Assembly (NCBI GenBank): GCA_020429915.1
Contig: JAGQKV010000004.1
Coordinates: 132,833-196,832, forward strand
Source of the DNA: Candidatus Omnitrophota bacterium
Lineage (GTDB): Bacteria > Omnitrophota > Gorgyraeia > Zapsychrales > Zapsychraceae
Reading direction: 5' to 3'
Length of the DNA stretch: 64,000 nucleotides
Made by a program: the position numbers and the translations under genes. Of this stretch, positions 39,956 to 49,692 are shown piece by piece (the stretch's first letter is position 1; every line of letters starts with the position of its first letter). The notes beneath the pieces are model-generated. The model did not search any database and was not told the origin of the DNA. It saw only the letters and a list, made by a program, of their open reading frames with translations.

Positions 39956-41260
39956 TTAGACGGGGCGGAACCTTTTTCGGCCCTGAAAAAGGGCTGCCCC
40001 CAGCGTATGAAAATCACGGGGAAAATCGGGATAGGATTTTCGGGTGCACTCAATATCTTTAACGCGGACACCGATTTTTAGGCCTAATACAGCGAAGGCC
40101 ATCGCCAGCCGGTGATCACGATGAGGGTCCAAAAGGCAGTCTTTTTTGTAGGGGCCTGCCGGCTTGATGATCAACTGATCACGGGTCTCGCGGACATCCG
40201 CTCCGATCTTGAGCAATTCCTGACGCAGATCGCTGATGCGGTCCGACTCCTTGACCCGGGCATGCCCGATATCGACCAAACGAGTGGTTCCTTTGGCAAA
40301 TAAGGCCAAGACCGACATAATCGGCACCAAATCCGGACAGTCGCGGAGGGAAAACCGGCCTCCCCGCAGCGCGAAGGGGCCGCGTATCCTGATGCTGCGC
40401 TGAGTCTTGCTGAATTTTACCCCCATACGGGTCAGGAGATCGTAAATATGCCCGTCAGCCTGGGGCAAGTCGGCATTAAAGTGTCCTTCGAAGATGACTT
40501 CGGACGGCAACAAGGCCGCCGCCGCCAAATGAAACGCCGCCAGGCCGTCATCGGAAGGTACCGTCATGCTCCCCAGCCCGCGATACCGCTGACCGGACTC
40601 AACAAAGTACTCAGACGAACCGCGGGTCCGCACTTTTACGCCTGATTTAGCCATAATCCTGACCGTCATATCAATGTAATCAGCGCTGACGATTTTCCCT
40701 GTGAGTTTGAGGGATGAATCGTCGCCCAATAACGGCAAGGTTAAAAGAAGTGCGGAAATAAATTGTGAACTGAGGGATCCATTGATACGGATATTGCCGG
40801 CCGCGATCGGAGACGTCCCGATATGGACCGGGATCCCATCGTTTCCCTCGGCCCCCCGGACCTGGGCACCCATGCCGCGTAGCGTTTCGGCCAGAAAGGT
40901 ATTGGGCCGCCCCCGCAAGGTACCTTCTCCGGTAATCCTGGTCCCTCCGCCGCGGGCGACCGCCAACGGGATCAGAAAACGCAGCACCGTGCCCGACTCT
41001 TTGACATGAATACGGGAAGGCAGGGGCTTCGTGGGATCGGCCTTCACTTGCCACCGGTTATCCCGCAGCCGGTGGACACTGGCCCCCAGGGCCAGGGCAG
41101 TCTGACGGGCAATGACGGCATCGTCGCAATTTGATGGATGGATAATTCGGGAAGCCCCGCCCAGAGCGGCCACTACAAATGAACGGATTGAGTATGACTT
41201 GGAAGCGGGCAGAAACAGTTTGCCTTTGAGTTGTCCGGCGGGAGCTACGCGGAGAATCAT
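39956..41260 (-). CDS. aroA: 3-phosphoshikimate 1-carboxyvinyltransferase (EPSP synthase)
   Basis: 434 aa. The N-terminal LPASKSYSIR motif matches the AroA consensus LPGSKSxSNR. Typical AroA length. Confidence 0.85.
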   Translation of the reverse strand: MILRVAPAGQLKGKLFLPASKSYSIRSFVVAALGGASRIIHPSNCDDAVIARQTALALGASVHRLRDNRWQVKADPTKPLPSRIHVKESGTVLRFLIPLAVARGGGTRITGEGTLRGRPNTFLAETLRGMGAQVRGAEGNDGIPVHIGTSPIAAGNIRINGSLSSQFISALLLTLPLLGDDSSLKLTGKIVSADYIDMTVRIMAKSGVKVRTRGSSEYFVESGQRYRGLGSMTVPSDDGLAAFHLAAAALLPSEVIFEGHFNADLPQADGHIYDLLTRMGVKFSKTQRSIRIRGPFALRGGRFSLRDCPDLVPIMSVLALFAKGTTRLVDIGHARVKESDRISDLRQELLKIGADVRETRDQLIIKPAGPYKKDCLLDPHRDHRLAMAFAVLGLKIGVRVKDIECTRKSYPDFPRDFHTLGAALFQGRKRFRPV

Positions 41261-42372
41261 TATTTCGCGATGACTTGATCGTTTTTGCGGAGTGTATTTC
41301 CGGAGAGCGGGGGAACCAGATCGGCGGCCGCCATTTCTTCCTGAGTCCGGGTGATCTTGATATCGCCCAGATAATCATTGCCGCGATAAACCGACATGAA
41401 AATGCCATTGGAGATACCGTGCTTGCGACCGAGATTGATGACAACAAAAGCGGTCTCGACGTCCACGCTGAGGATACGCCCTTCCGGAATGGCACCGGAG
41501 TCACTCATCGCAGATCCGTCACGGGTGGATTCCTTAATCTGCCGGAGGAGTTCCTCCTCGGAGACGTGCACATCAGGCGTCACCACGATCTGATCAAGTT
41601 CGATATTCATCTGAGATTCTTCTTCGGAACCGGCTGAACGCAATGGATTGGGACGCGGTTGGCTACGCGTATCTCCTCCCTGCACGGCCTTGGCGGTTTG
41701 ACCGGGATCGGATGTCTCGGCACGGTCCGTCGTCGGAGTGGGCCGTGGTCGCGGCGGGGCGGTTTGTTGAACGGCAGCACTGTCCGGTGATGCGGTCTGC
41801 CGGGGCGGCGGCGTGCGTGTCTGTTGGGCCGCCTGATTTTGCACGGCCTTCTTGGTCAACTCTTCCTGAGCGGCCAGCAACTCTTCGTTCTTTTTTTGTA
41901 AATCCTTGTTACGATTGAGCTCTACCTTTAACTTGGCTTCAAGCTCAACAATCTGCTGTTCCAGATCCCCGATCTGTGTAGCGGTTTTGTCTTCGACCTT
42001 GGACGTCTGCTGCTGCAATTCCTGTAATTTTTCCTTCAGTGCAATCGATTCCTTCTTAAGCTCCTCACGCAGCCCCTTTTCCAAATCAAGCTCGTCCATG
42101 AGACCATTGACCCGATTGTCGGCTTCCTTATTCTTTTCTCCCAGGATCGAATTCTTCTTTTGAAAATCCTTCAGCTGAATCTTGGCCTGCTCGAGTTCTT
42201 TCTCGATCATGGCGATGGTCCCCTCCGCCCCCTTGCGCTTGTCGATCTCCACGTTATAGAAAAACATCGACAGCGCGGTCAGCGTAATGAGCAGCACCGC
42301 AATTATTACCAAGAATATGGTCAGAACCTTTCCGCTCCGAGTGGAAGTTTTCATAAAAAGTCTCGATTTCAT
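41260..42372 (-). CDS. hypothetical membrane-anchored coiled-coil protein with a Pro-rich linker and a C-terminal beta domain
   Basis: 370 aa with an N-terminal TM, an approximately 200-aa K/E/L-rich coiled coil, a Pro/Thr/Gln-rich spacer, and a C-terminal domain of about 100 aa. Confidence 0.4.
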   Translation of the reverse strand: MKSRLFMKTSTRSGKVLTIFLVIIAVLLITLTALSMFFYNVEIDKRKGAEGTIAMIEKELEQAKIQLKDFQKKNSILGEKNKEADNRVNGLMDELDLEKGLREELKKESIALKEKLQELQQQTSKVEDKTATQIGDLEQQIVELEAKLKVELNRNKDLQKKNEELLAAQEELTKKAVQNQAAQQTRTPPPRQTASPDSAAVQQTAPPRPRPTPTTDRAETSDPGQTAKAVQGGDTRSQPRPNPLRSAGSEEESQMNIELDQIVVTPDVHVSEEELLRQIKESTRDGSAMSDSGAIPEGRILSVDVETAFVVINLGRKHGISNGIFMSVYRGNDYLGDIKITRTQEEMAAADLVPPLSGNTLRKNDQVIAK

Positions 42373-42401
42373 TACAGGTTGGTTGGAATTATATTATATG
42401 T

Positions 42402-42429
42402 ATTATATTGAGTTTGCCCTGTTTGTAAA
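42402..42429 (-). promoter_or_regulatory. sigma-70-type promoter for the coiled-coil gene/aroA
   Basis: The minus strand reads TTTACA-N16-TATAAT in the AT-rich gap between rluD and the coiled-coil gene. Confidence 0.5.
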
Positions 42430-42460
42430 GAATTATTACAACTTACTGAAAATGCTCCGT

Positions 42461-43378
42461 TTAGGTTTTTCCCACCGCCACAGCCGCCAGAAAGGCCGCC
42501 GGAATCGGGGTGGAGATCTCAATCCGGCGCTTGTCCCGGGGGTGGTTGAAGGCGATGGCCCGGGCATGCAGGGCCAGACGGGGAAAACTAGTCCGCTTGC
42601 CGTATTTATCATCACCCAGGATCGGGTGCCCGAGGTACTTCATATGGACCCGCAGCTGGTGAGTGCGCCCGGTCTTCGGAGATAGTGAAACCAAAGTCTT
42701 TCCATGACAACGCCTTATGACTCGATAAACCGTCTCGCTGGCACGCGCATCTTCATCAAAGCGGACCGCCTTTTTATCCCGGTATTTGGGATGCTGTCCG
42801 ATCGGGGCCTCTATGAGCCCCTCATCGAATTCAACCTCCCCCTCCACCAATGCGACATACCGCTTGCTGACCGTTCGCTTCTTGAACTGTTTGGCCAATT
42901 TGGTGTGGGTAATATTGTCCTTGGCGATCAATATCAGGCCGGATGTCTCCTGGTCCAGACGATGAACAATTCCGGGACGCATCAAGTCTCCACTGAAATC
43001 CGAGAGCTGCTTGGCATGAAAAAGCAAGGCGTTGACCAGCGTCCCCGTGTAACGCCCACGGGCGGGATGGACCAGCATACCGGCCGGCTTGTCGATAGCC
43101 AGCAAGGCGCTGTCCTGAAAGACTATGTTGAGGGGAATATCTTCGGGTGCAATATAGGCGGGCGTGAGGAATTCGGCGGGGATATTGACCGCAATATCGT
43201 CCCCCCCGGAAATCAGATGATGGGCCTTGACGGGGGCCTCATTGACCTTGACGTGGCCGTGATCAATGAGTTTCTTGACATAGGTACGGGACGGGGCATC
43301 GGTCAGCTCTGCCGCGAGGAACACATCCAGCCGCATATTCTCCGCGGCCGGACTGACTTTGAAGTGATAATTCGCCAT
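42461..43378 (-). CDS. rluD: 23S rRNA pseudouridine synthase, RluA family (RluD-like)
   Basis: 305 aa with an S4 domain and a catalytic HRLDQETSGLIL motif. Confidence 0.88.
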   Translation of the reverse strand: MANYHFKVSPAAENMRLDVFLAAELTDAPSRTYVKKLIDHGHVKVNEAPVKAHHLISGGDDIAVNIPAEFLTPAYIAPEDIPLNIVFQDSALLAIDKPAGMLVHPARGRYTGTLVNALLFHAKQLSDFSGDLMRPGIVHRLDQETSGLILIAKDNITHTKLAKQFKKRTVSKRYVALVEGEVEFDEGLIEAPIGQHPKYRDKKAVRFDEDARASETVYRVIRRCHGKTLVSLSPKTGRTHQLRVHMKYLGHPILGDDKYGKRTSFPRLALHARAIAFNHPRDKRRIEISTPIPAAFLAAVAVGKT

Positions 43379-43395
43379 GATACGACACCGGCATC

Positions 43396-43896
43396 CTAGT
43401 CGCGCTGTTCTTCTTTTTTATGGCTGAGTTGAAAACATTTCCAAGCAATGATCAGGGCGCCTACCGTGATCGCGCTGTCGGCCACGTTGAAGACGGGCCA
43501 AAAGCGGATATCGATGAAATCAATCACATACCCATACATAATCCGGTCGATCAGATTCCCGATCGCTCCGGCGAGTATGAGCGAAAAACCCATGATATAC
43601 GTGCGCGAAAGGGCCTCATCGTTTTGCCGATAATAATAAATATTGAACACCAGCAGGATAATCGCGATAACGGGAATGACGATGAAGACGATGCCCTGAT
43701 CCTTAAAGAAACCGAAGGCAATACCGGTATTGTGGACCATCGTCATGTGCAAAACGTTGCGGATGACAGGAATTGATTCCCCGAGCTGAAGAAGATCGGT
43801 AAAAAACAACTTGGTGACTCTATCGGCAAAGACTATCGTGACCGTAATCAGCAGCGACAGAATGATGTCCAGCTGAGACCGAGCAGGACTTATCAT
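43396..43896 (-). CDS. lspA: lipoprotein signal peptidase II
   Basis: 166 aa with four TM segments and a conserved FNVADS motif. Confidence 0.88.
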   Translation of the reverse strand: MISPARSQLDIILSLLITVTIVFADRVTKLFFTDLLQLGESIPVIRNVLHMTMVHNTGIAFGFFKDQGIVFIVIPVIAIILLVFNIYYYRQNDEALSRTYIMGFSLILAGAIGNLIDRIMYGYVIDFIDIRFWPVFNVADSAITVGALIIAWKCFQLSHKKEEQRD

Positions 43897-43908
43897 AAGA
43901 AGGACAAC

Positions 43909-44304
43909 CTATATCTGGTTGGAGTTCTCTAATTCTTCCTGATATTTCAAGCAGTACTCTGCGTAGGGGATGGCTTTTAGGCGGGCCTGGGAAATGGGCT
44001 TTCCGGTTGCCAGACAAAATCCGTAAGTACCGTCGTCGATTCGTTTCAGAGCGGCATTGATCTTATGCAAGACTTCACGATCATGGGAAGCCAGCCCCAG
44101 ACTGAATTCCTTGTCGTACATGTCTGTGGCGACATCCGCCATATGCTGAACATGACCGGACACATCCGACGAATCGTTGCTGGAACTACCGGTATTATCG
44201 GACATATTCCGAATATCATGAACGAGATCATCTCTGAGTTTGACTAACAGCTTTTTATAATAGTCAAGTTTCTTTTGGTCGAGCTTTTTTGCTGGCATAA
44301 ACAA
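43909..44304 (-). CDS. DksA/TraR-family transcription factor with a degenerate zinc finger
   Basis: 131 aa. A coiled-coil region is followed by CLATGKPISQARLKAIPYAEYCLKY, which is C-x2-T…C-x2-Y rather than the C4 finger. Confidence 0.7.
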   Translation of the reverse strand: MFMPAKKLDQKKLDYYKKLLVKLRDDLVHDIRNMSDNTGSSSNDSSDVSGHVQHMADVATDMYDKEFSLGLASHDREVLHKINAALKRIDDGTYGFCLATGKPISQARLKAIPYAEYCLKYQEELENSNQI

Positions 44305-44367
44305 CTCCTTTATGAAAGAACCCCGCTGCCCTGATCATGGGCCAAATTCTTGCCATCTAAACGCTGA

Positions 44368-44396
44368 AGTATAACGCTGTTGCCATGGGATGTCAA
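44368..44396 (-). promoter_or_regulatory. sigma-70-type promoter for dksA-lspA-rluD
   Basis: The minus strand reads TTGACA-N17-TATACT about 60 nt upstream of the DksA-like start codon, with an AAAGGAG SD. Confidence 0.55.
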
Positions 44397-44456
44397 GAAA
44401 AACTCCCCGCTGATTGCCATGGGGCAAGTATATCCGCTTGATCCTCAGGGCGCAAA

Positions 44457-45323
44457 TTATGCCGGGATGTACTTGCCGATAATCGGCTGCAGGGACTGAC
44501 GCAGGGCGGCGGGAATAATCTCTGGATTTGTTATAATCGCATGCTGCAGAGCACTTTGTGCCTCGAACGACGCAATGGCCCCAAGCCGCGGGACGGCCAG
44601 GCGCAAGATCTTCTTGGCGTTGGACACATTTTGAGTCAGATTCTCAATGATCATCTGGACGGTCACCTGGTCGTGATCCGGGTGCCAGCAATCATAGTCC
44701 GTCACCGAGCATAGCGAGGCATAGGCGATTTCGGCCTCCCGGGCCAGTTTGGCCTCCACCATATTCGTCATGCCGATAATATCCATCCCCCACCGGCGAT
44801 AGAGTTCGGATTCGGCGCGGGTGGAAAACTGCGGCCCCTCCATATTGATGTAGGTCCCTTTCGGATGGATAGTTACATCCGCCTCCCGGCAGCACTCGGT
44901 GAGCACGGCCGTCATTTCCTTGGATACCGGCTCCGCCATGGCCACATGGGCGACGATCCCACCGGTAAAAAAACTGGTTTCACGAGCCTTGAAAGTCCGG
45001 TCGACAAACTGGTCCGGCAGGACAAAATCCAGCGGCTTCATATCTTCCCGCAAGCTCCCGCAAGCACTGACCGAGACAATGGCATCCACACCCAATCGCT
45101 TCATCTCGAATATATTGGCCCGGTAGTTGACCTCGCTCGGGGAGATGTGATGCCCCTTACCGTGCCGGGCCACAAAGACGATTTCGACACCCTCCATCCG
45201 GGCGCGGATAAAATTGCCCGAGGGCGGCCCGAATGGGGTGTCTACGACCATCATTTCCTCGACAATCTCGACCCCCTCGATATCGTAAAGGCCGCTTCCT
45301 CCGATAATGCCTAACTTAGCCAT
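44457..45323 (-). CDS. mtnP: S-methyl-5'-thioadenosine phosphorylase
   Basis: 288-aa PNP/MTAP-family protein (MAKLGIIGGSGLYD…). Confidence 0.85.
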   Translation of the reverse strand: MAKLGIIGGSGLYDIEGVEIVEEMMVVDTPFGPPSGNFIRARMEGVEIVFVARHGKGHHISPSEVNYRANIFEMKRLGVDAIVSVSACGSLREDMKPLDFVLPDQFVDRTFKARETSFFTGGIVAHVAMAEPVSKEMTAVLTECCREADVTIHPKGTYINMEGPQFSTRAESELYRRWGMDIIGMTNMVEAKLAREAEIAYASLCSVTDYDCWHPDHDQVTVQMIIENLTQNVSNAKKILRLAVPRLGAIASFEAQSALQHAIITNPEIIPAALRQSLQPIIGKYIPA

Positions 45324-45326
45324 GGC

Positions 45327-46121
45327 TCACCTCGACAGCTCCTTGGCCCGTCGCCGGGCCGCTTTGATTGCTTGATATATGGTTTGCTCCCATTTGGCTG
45401 CGGAAAACTCCTGTAAAGCTGCCGCGGTCGTGCCACCTTTTGACGTCACCCTCTCACGCAGCGTTGACGCCTCCTCCCCGGACTCCATCAAGAGCTCCAG
45501 AGCGCCGGCGCAGGTCTCGATGACCATCTCCCGGCTTAATTGCTCACTTAGCCCGAGGCGGGTGGAAGCCTTTATCCAGCCCTCCAGAAAGAGAAATACG
45601 TACGCCGGACCGCTGCCCGAAACGGCGGTGACCGCGTCGATCAACGATTCATCCAGGGTCACAGCCTTACCCACGGATGCGAATAGCCGCCTCGCCAGAT
45701 TGGTATCGGCTTGAGTCGCGAATTTCCCGGCACAGATACCCGTCACGCCACGACCGACCTGGGCGGGAAGATTGGGCATGGTCCGGATAACCCGCGTGCC
45801 GGGCGGCAGTCTCTTCTCTATATATGGAGTCGTGATGCCGGCGGCGATCGACACCACCACATGGGACTTGCGGACATGCGGTCGGATCGCCGTCAACACC
45901 TCTTCGAAGACCTGCGGCTTGACGGCCAGAATAAGGACCCTCGCCCGGCGGCAGAGTTCCGGCAGGTCCAACAATTCAATAGGGAATTGTCGTTTGAGCC
46001 GGCGCCCCCGAGCGGCATCGGCCTCACACACGGCGACCCGATGCCCTTTGACGATCCCGGCCAGGATGGCGCTCCCCATATTGCCCGCCCCGATCATTCC
46101 GATAACTGCTTTAGTGGTCAT
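45327..46121 (-). CDS. proC: pyrroline-5-carboxylate reductase
   Basis: Rossmann N-terminus IGMIGAGNMGSAI. Start chosen at the ATG at 46121 (MTTKAV…), which has a GGGAGGG SD. The track ORF extends 19 codons further. Overlaps the yggS stop by 11 nt. Confidence 0.85.
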   Translation of the reverse strand: MTTKAVIGMIGAGNMGSAILAGIVKGHRVAVCEADAARGRRLKRQFPIELLDLPELCRRARVLILAVKPQVFEEVLTAIRPHVRKSHVVVSIAAGITTPYIEKRLPPGTRVIRTMPNLPAQVGRGVTGICAGKFATQADTNLARRLFASVGKAVTLDESLIDAVTAVSGSGPAYVFLFLEGWIKASTRLGLSEQLSREMVIETCAGALELLMESGEEASTLRERVTSKGGTTAAALQEFSAAKWEQTIYQAIKAARRRAKELSR

Positions 46122-46806
46122 AGAAAATTGCCCTCCCGATACGGACCATGGTGGCCCCCTCTTCAATGGCGATTTCATAGTCGGCGCTCATGCCCATCGA
46201 CAGTTCCGCGAACTGCGCCTGCCGCTCGCCTCCAAATTCGTCGGCCAGACGCTGCGCCGTTTCCCGCAAACCGCGAAAACAACTCCGTACCGTCTCCGCA
46301 TCCTCCGTCAACGGCGCAATGGTCATCAGCCCCCGCAGACGCAAATGCGGACATTCTTTTAAAACATGCTCAACAAAAGGCCGGACCGCCTCGGGGGCTA
46401 ATCCGTACTTTTGCTCTTCTCCGGCTATATTCACTTGCGCCAGGATATCCACGCCGCGGTCGAATTCGCCGGCATGCTTTTGTAATGCATCCGCCAGGCG
46501 AATGCTGTCCACGGATTCAATGAGCGTAAACAGTTCCAGGGCAGACCGGGCCTTGTTGGTCTGCAGGTGTCCGACCAGATGCCGGGACACCGAGGCGATG
46601 GAGGAAATTTGTTTGAATTTGAGACCGGCATCCTGAACGCGGTTCTCACCGACGTGCGTGAGCCCGGCGGCAATGGCTTCTTCAATCTGCCGGGCATCGG
46701 CATATTTACTGATACCGACCAGGGTGACCTCTTCGGCATCACGCCCGCAGCGCGAACAGATCTGTGCGATATGCCCCTGAATTTTAGCTAAATTTTCCGC
46801 TATCAT
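46111..46806 (-). CDS. yggS: YggS-family pyridoxal-phosphate homeostasis protein
   Basis: 231-aa alanine-racemase-N-like TIM barrel (…LVGISKYADA…HLVGHLQTNK…). Confidence 0.88.
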   Translation of the reverse strand: MIAENLAKIQGHIAQICSRCGRDAEEVTLVGISKYADARQIEEAIAAGLTHVGENRVQDAGLKFKQISSIASVSRHLVGHLQTNKARSALELFTLIESVDSIRLADALQKHAGEFDRGVDILAQVNIAGEEQKYGLAPEAVRPFVEHVLKECPHLRLRGLMTIAPLTEDAETVRSCFRGLRETAQRLADEFGGERQAQFAELSMGMSADYEIAIEEGATMVRIGRAIFYDH

Positions 46807-46857
46807 GGCCCTAAACTAACATAGAACGAAGCGATAGTCAATTGCCCAACTCGCGGT

Positions 46858-49692
46858 TTACCAGCTGCCGGCGCGGGTCCGGTCCTCAACGAAATTGACA
46901 TTGATATCCAGAATCTCCGCCATCACGGCGTCGAGCAACCGCATAAATGCCCCGTCGATGTTCTCATAAGAATCCTTGGTGCGGTCGGTGATCAGGGGAT
47001 CGATAGCCAGCGTCCGCAGATTGTACAGGGCCGCGTTGATCCGCTGCCCAGGAAAGGTCTTCAGCAGATAGTGAAAGTACAACGGGATTTGAAAAGATTT
47101 GACGTTCTCTGCGATCGCTTCGCGGGTAGGCTCAACACTGCCCCAATCAACCGTCTTCTTGGGCAGAACATTCTGCCCGCCTGTTTTGTAGTCAAGAATC
47201 ATGACCGTTCCATCACGCAGGCGATCGATGCGGTCAACCACATAAACAAAACGCAAGTCTTCATCGGCCAGGCATATGCTGTCGTCAAAACGTTGCTCCA
47301 ACCCGAGTATTTCCTCCACCTGCCGGTCCGGTGATTCCTGTTCATGCTGAATAAACCGCCGCAACCGTTCGCGCACCACCGATCGCAACAGAAAGGAGTC
47401 GGACTTCATGCTGCGGGAGAAACGGTCGTCAAAATCCTTCTCGAAACGGTTGGTAAAATCCTTGATAAATCCGGCATCGATATCGGGCCTGCGATGCTCA
47501 TACGGCCGGAACACTTTCTCCAGAAAATTGTGGACAAACGTGCCGATCTGACGCGCCTCGGGCTCATCCAGCAAATCCTCCGCCTCCCGCAAACCGAGGA
47601 CATACCGGTGATAGAATTCCAGCGGATTACGCAGATACAAGTTGACACTTGAAGCCGAATAACGGTGTTCCCTGAGCATCGCGATCATCTCCGGCGTCTT
47701 CGGGACCTCCCGGATCGTCGCGGTGGGCGCCACATGAAAGGTGGGGACCCGAGCTTCGGTCCCCGCGAAGGAGCGCGCCTTTTTCTGTTCCTCCCACACC
47801 AACTCCTCCACGAAGCGGCTGCGTTCTTTTTCCTTATTCTGCTGGTAGATCAAATGGACATCCTTCGCCGAGGAGATCAGCCGCATAAACTGATAGCGCT
47901 GGATCTCTTCATCCAGCTCCACCCGGTTGAGTCCGAGCGTAATCATGACGTCCCGCGGAATCAGCGGCTCATGGATAACCAGGTTGGGCAACACGCCTTC
48001 GTTGACATCCATGACAATCACATGGTCGAAATTAAGCGACCGCGTTTCAAACAACCCCAATAACTGCATTCCCTTGAGCGGCGAACCGATAAAAGCCACG
48101 ATCTCCGAGGAGATCCGTTGTTCAAAGACTTTAAACAGCTCGTCCTGCGGGAAAACCTCGTGGCTGAACGCGGCTGAGCGGAATTCCTCCAGGATCTGGA
48201 AAATCTGATTGGCAATGTTGAGGTTGAGCGGATAACGCTTCAAAGAGCTGTACCGCAAAAAGGCATCCAGAAATTCGGCCAATGCCTTGGCGAATCCACT
48301 GAATGTCCGGACGCCCTCCCAGATCCGGAATAACAAATGGTGTAATTGATCGAGATCTGCGGCCAGCTTCTCGCGGCGCACTTCGGGATGATCCGCGAGG
48401 ATCAGCTCCTGGACCCGTACGAACAGGTCATCGCACTCGAGAACCTGGTCGGGGTCCAAAAACAGCAGTCCGGATATTGCTCCCTCCTCCCGGCCGCTCA
48501 GCATATCCTGCAGCTTGTGGGCCATAATCCGCGTCACCTCGGCGTCGAAGCTGAGGCGAAAGTTTTTGCAAAACGGATGCAGCAGCACGCGCAAATAGTC
48601 TCGGGCGTAGTAGCGCCCATCCTTGCAGGATTGTTGGGCGCGGAAAATCAACTCGAAAAGTGTATACAGACTGCTGCGCTTAAGCGGATAACCCATCGAG
48701 ATGTTAAATTCCCGGACCAGACCGCTGATCTCGGACAAAAGCGGAACAATGTTGTCCGCGGTAGGCAAGACGATGACGGTCTTCTCCGGCTCATCGATCT
48801 TCTTCAGAATCTCCCGGATGGTCCCCACCTGACTGTGCACGTCGAAGGCGGCGTACAGGTTTAAATGGAATTGCGGCACCTCGACCGTCGCCCCTTCTTT
48901 AATCTCCCAGGAGTGCCGCTCCGCCAACCGCTTCAGGATGGGCCAGCGCCGCTGATCGCCCTGAAAGTAAAATCGGGCCTGTCCGCGTTGGCTCAGCGCG
49001 CGGACAACCTGCTCTTCCGAGCGGTTAAAGTAGAAGAAATTACAAAAAAGCAGCTCGTCAAATTCGTCCAAGGGAGTCTCCTCCACCAACGCGGCCGCCC
49101 GACGGTACTGGTATCCGCGGGAATAGATCCCCGCGGCCTTCAACTCCTGATGGTAAACGCGGCGGATACCGACGATTTGGGCCAACAGCCGGTTAATATC
49201 CTCAGGGACGGCAAAACCGATCTTGGCGATTTCTTCGAGATTAGTCAGGTCACGGTCCGCTACATTCTCCAAATCAATTTGATCGATAAACTTCATCAAT
49301 TCCTTGGCCCAAGGCAAGAACTCGGAAAACGCCTCCCGCCCTTTCAGCAGGTCCGGTGTGTGTTCCCGGACAATCCGGTAGATTAAGTAACTGTTGTCTA
49401 AATCCGGCGGCTGCCCAAAACGTTCGTGACGTTCAATAATCATGGTAACCAGTTGATCGATGGTCAGGAATCGTGGCGGAATAAACGGCCTGCCGATCCG
49501 GCGCGCAAGCTCGCGCTGCAGAAAAAGCTGCGGCCGCTTCCCGCCGAAGACAATTCCCAAGCGGGACAAATCTGCTCCGCGATCCAGATACTCGGCCTCA
49601 ATTTCGTCGGCCAGCTGCTCGATGAACGGCCGGCAAAAACTGTAAGTCCTCACATTAACCATCGACGGCCACCACCTCGAGACTGTCCGCAT
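46858..49692 (-). CDS. AddB-like PD-(D/E)XK nuclease subunit of a helicase-nuclease complex
   Basis: 944 aa. The C-terminal RecB-family nuclease has the motif …VVDRIDRLRDGTVMILDYKTG… Encoded directly downstream of, and overlapping, the AddA-like gene. Confidence 0.7.
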   Translation of the reverse strand: MRTVSRWWPSMVNVRTYSFCRPFIEQLADEIEAEYLDRGADLSRLGIVFGGKRPQLFLQRELARRIGRPFIPPRFLTIDQLVTMIIERHERFGQPPDLDNSYLIYRIVREHTPDLLKGREAFSEFLPWAKELMKFIDQIDLENVADRDLTNLEEIAKIGFAVPEDINRLLAQIVGIRRVYHQELKAAGIYSRGYQYRRAAALVEETPLDEFDELLFCNFFYFNRSEEQVVRALSQRGQARFYFQGDQRRWPILKRLAERHSWEIKEGATVEVPQFHLNLYAAFDVHSQVGTIREILKKIDEPEKTVIVLPTADNIVPLLSEISGLVREFNISMGYPLKRSSLYTLFELIFRAQQSCKDGRYYARDYLRVLLHPFCKNFRLSFDAEVTRIMAHKLQDMLSGREEGAISGLLFLDPDQVLECDDLFVRVQELILADHPEVRREKLAADLDQLHHLLFRIWEGVRTFSGFAKALAEFLDAFLRYSSLKRYPLNLNIANQIFQILEEFRSAAFSHEVFPQDELFKVFEQRISSEIVAFIGSPLKGMQLLGLFETRSLNFDHVIVMDVNEGVLPNLVIHEPLIPRDVMITLGLNRVELDEEIQRYQFMRLISSAKDVHLIYQQNKEKERSRFVEELVWEEQKKARSFAGTEARVPTFHVAPTATIREVPKTPEMIAMLREHRYSASSVNLYLRNPLEFYHRYVLGLREAEDLLDEPEARQIGTFVHNFLEKVFRPYEHRRPDIDAGFIKDFTNRFEKDFDDRFSRSMKSDSFLLRSVVRERLRRFIQHEQESPDRQVEEILGLEQRFDDSICLADEDLRFVYVVDRIDRLRDGTVMILDYKTGGQNVLPKKTVDWGSVEPTREAIAENVKSFQIPLYFHYLLKTFPGQRINAALYNLRTLAIDPLITDRTKDSYENIDGAFMRLLDAVMAEILDINVNFVEDRTRAGSW

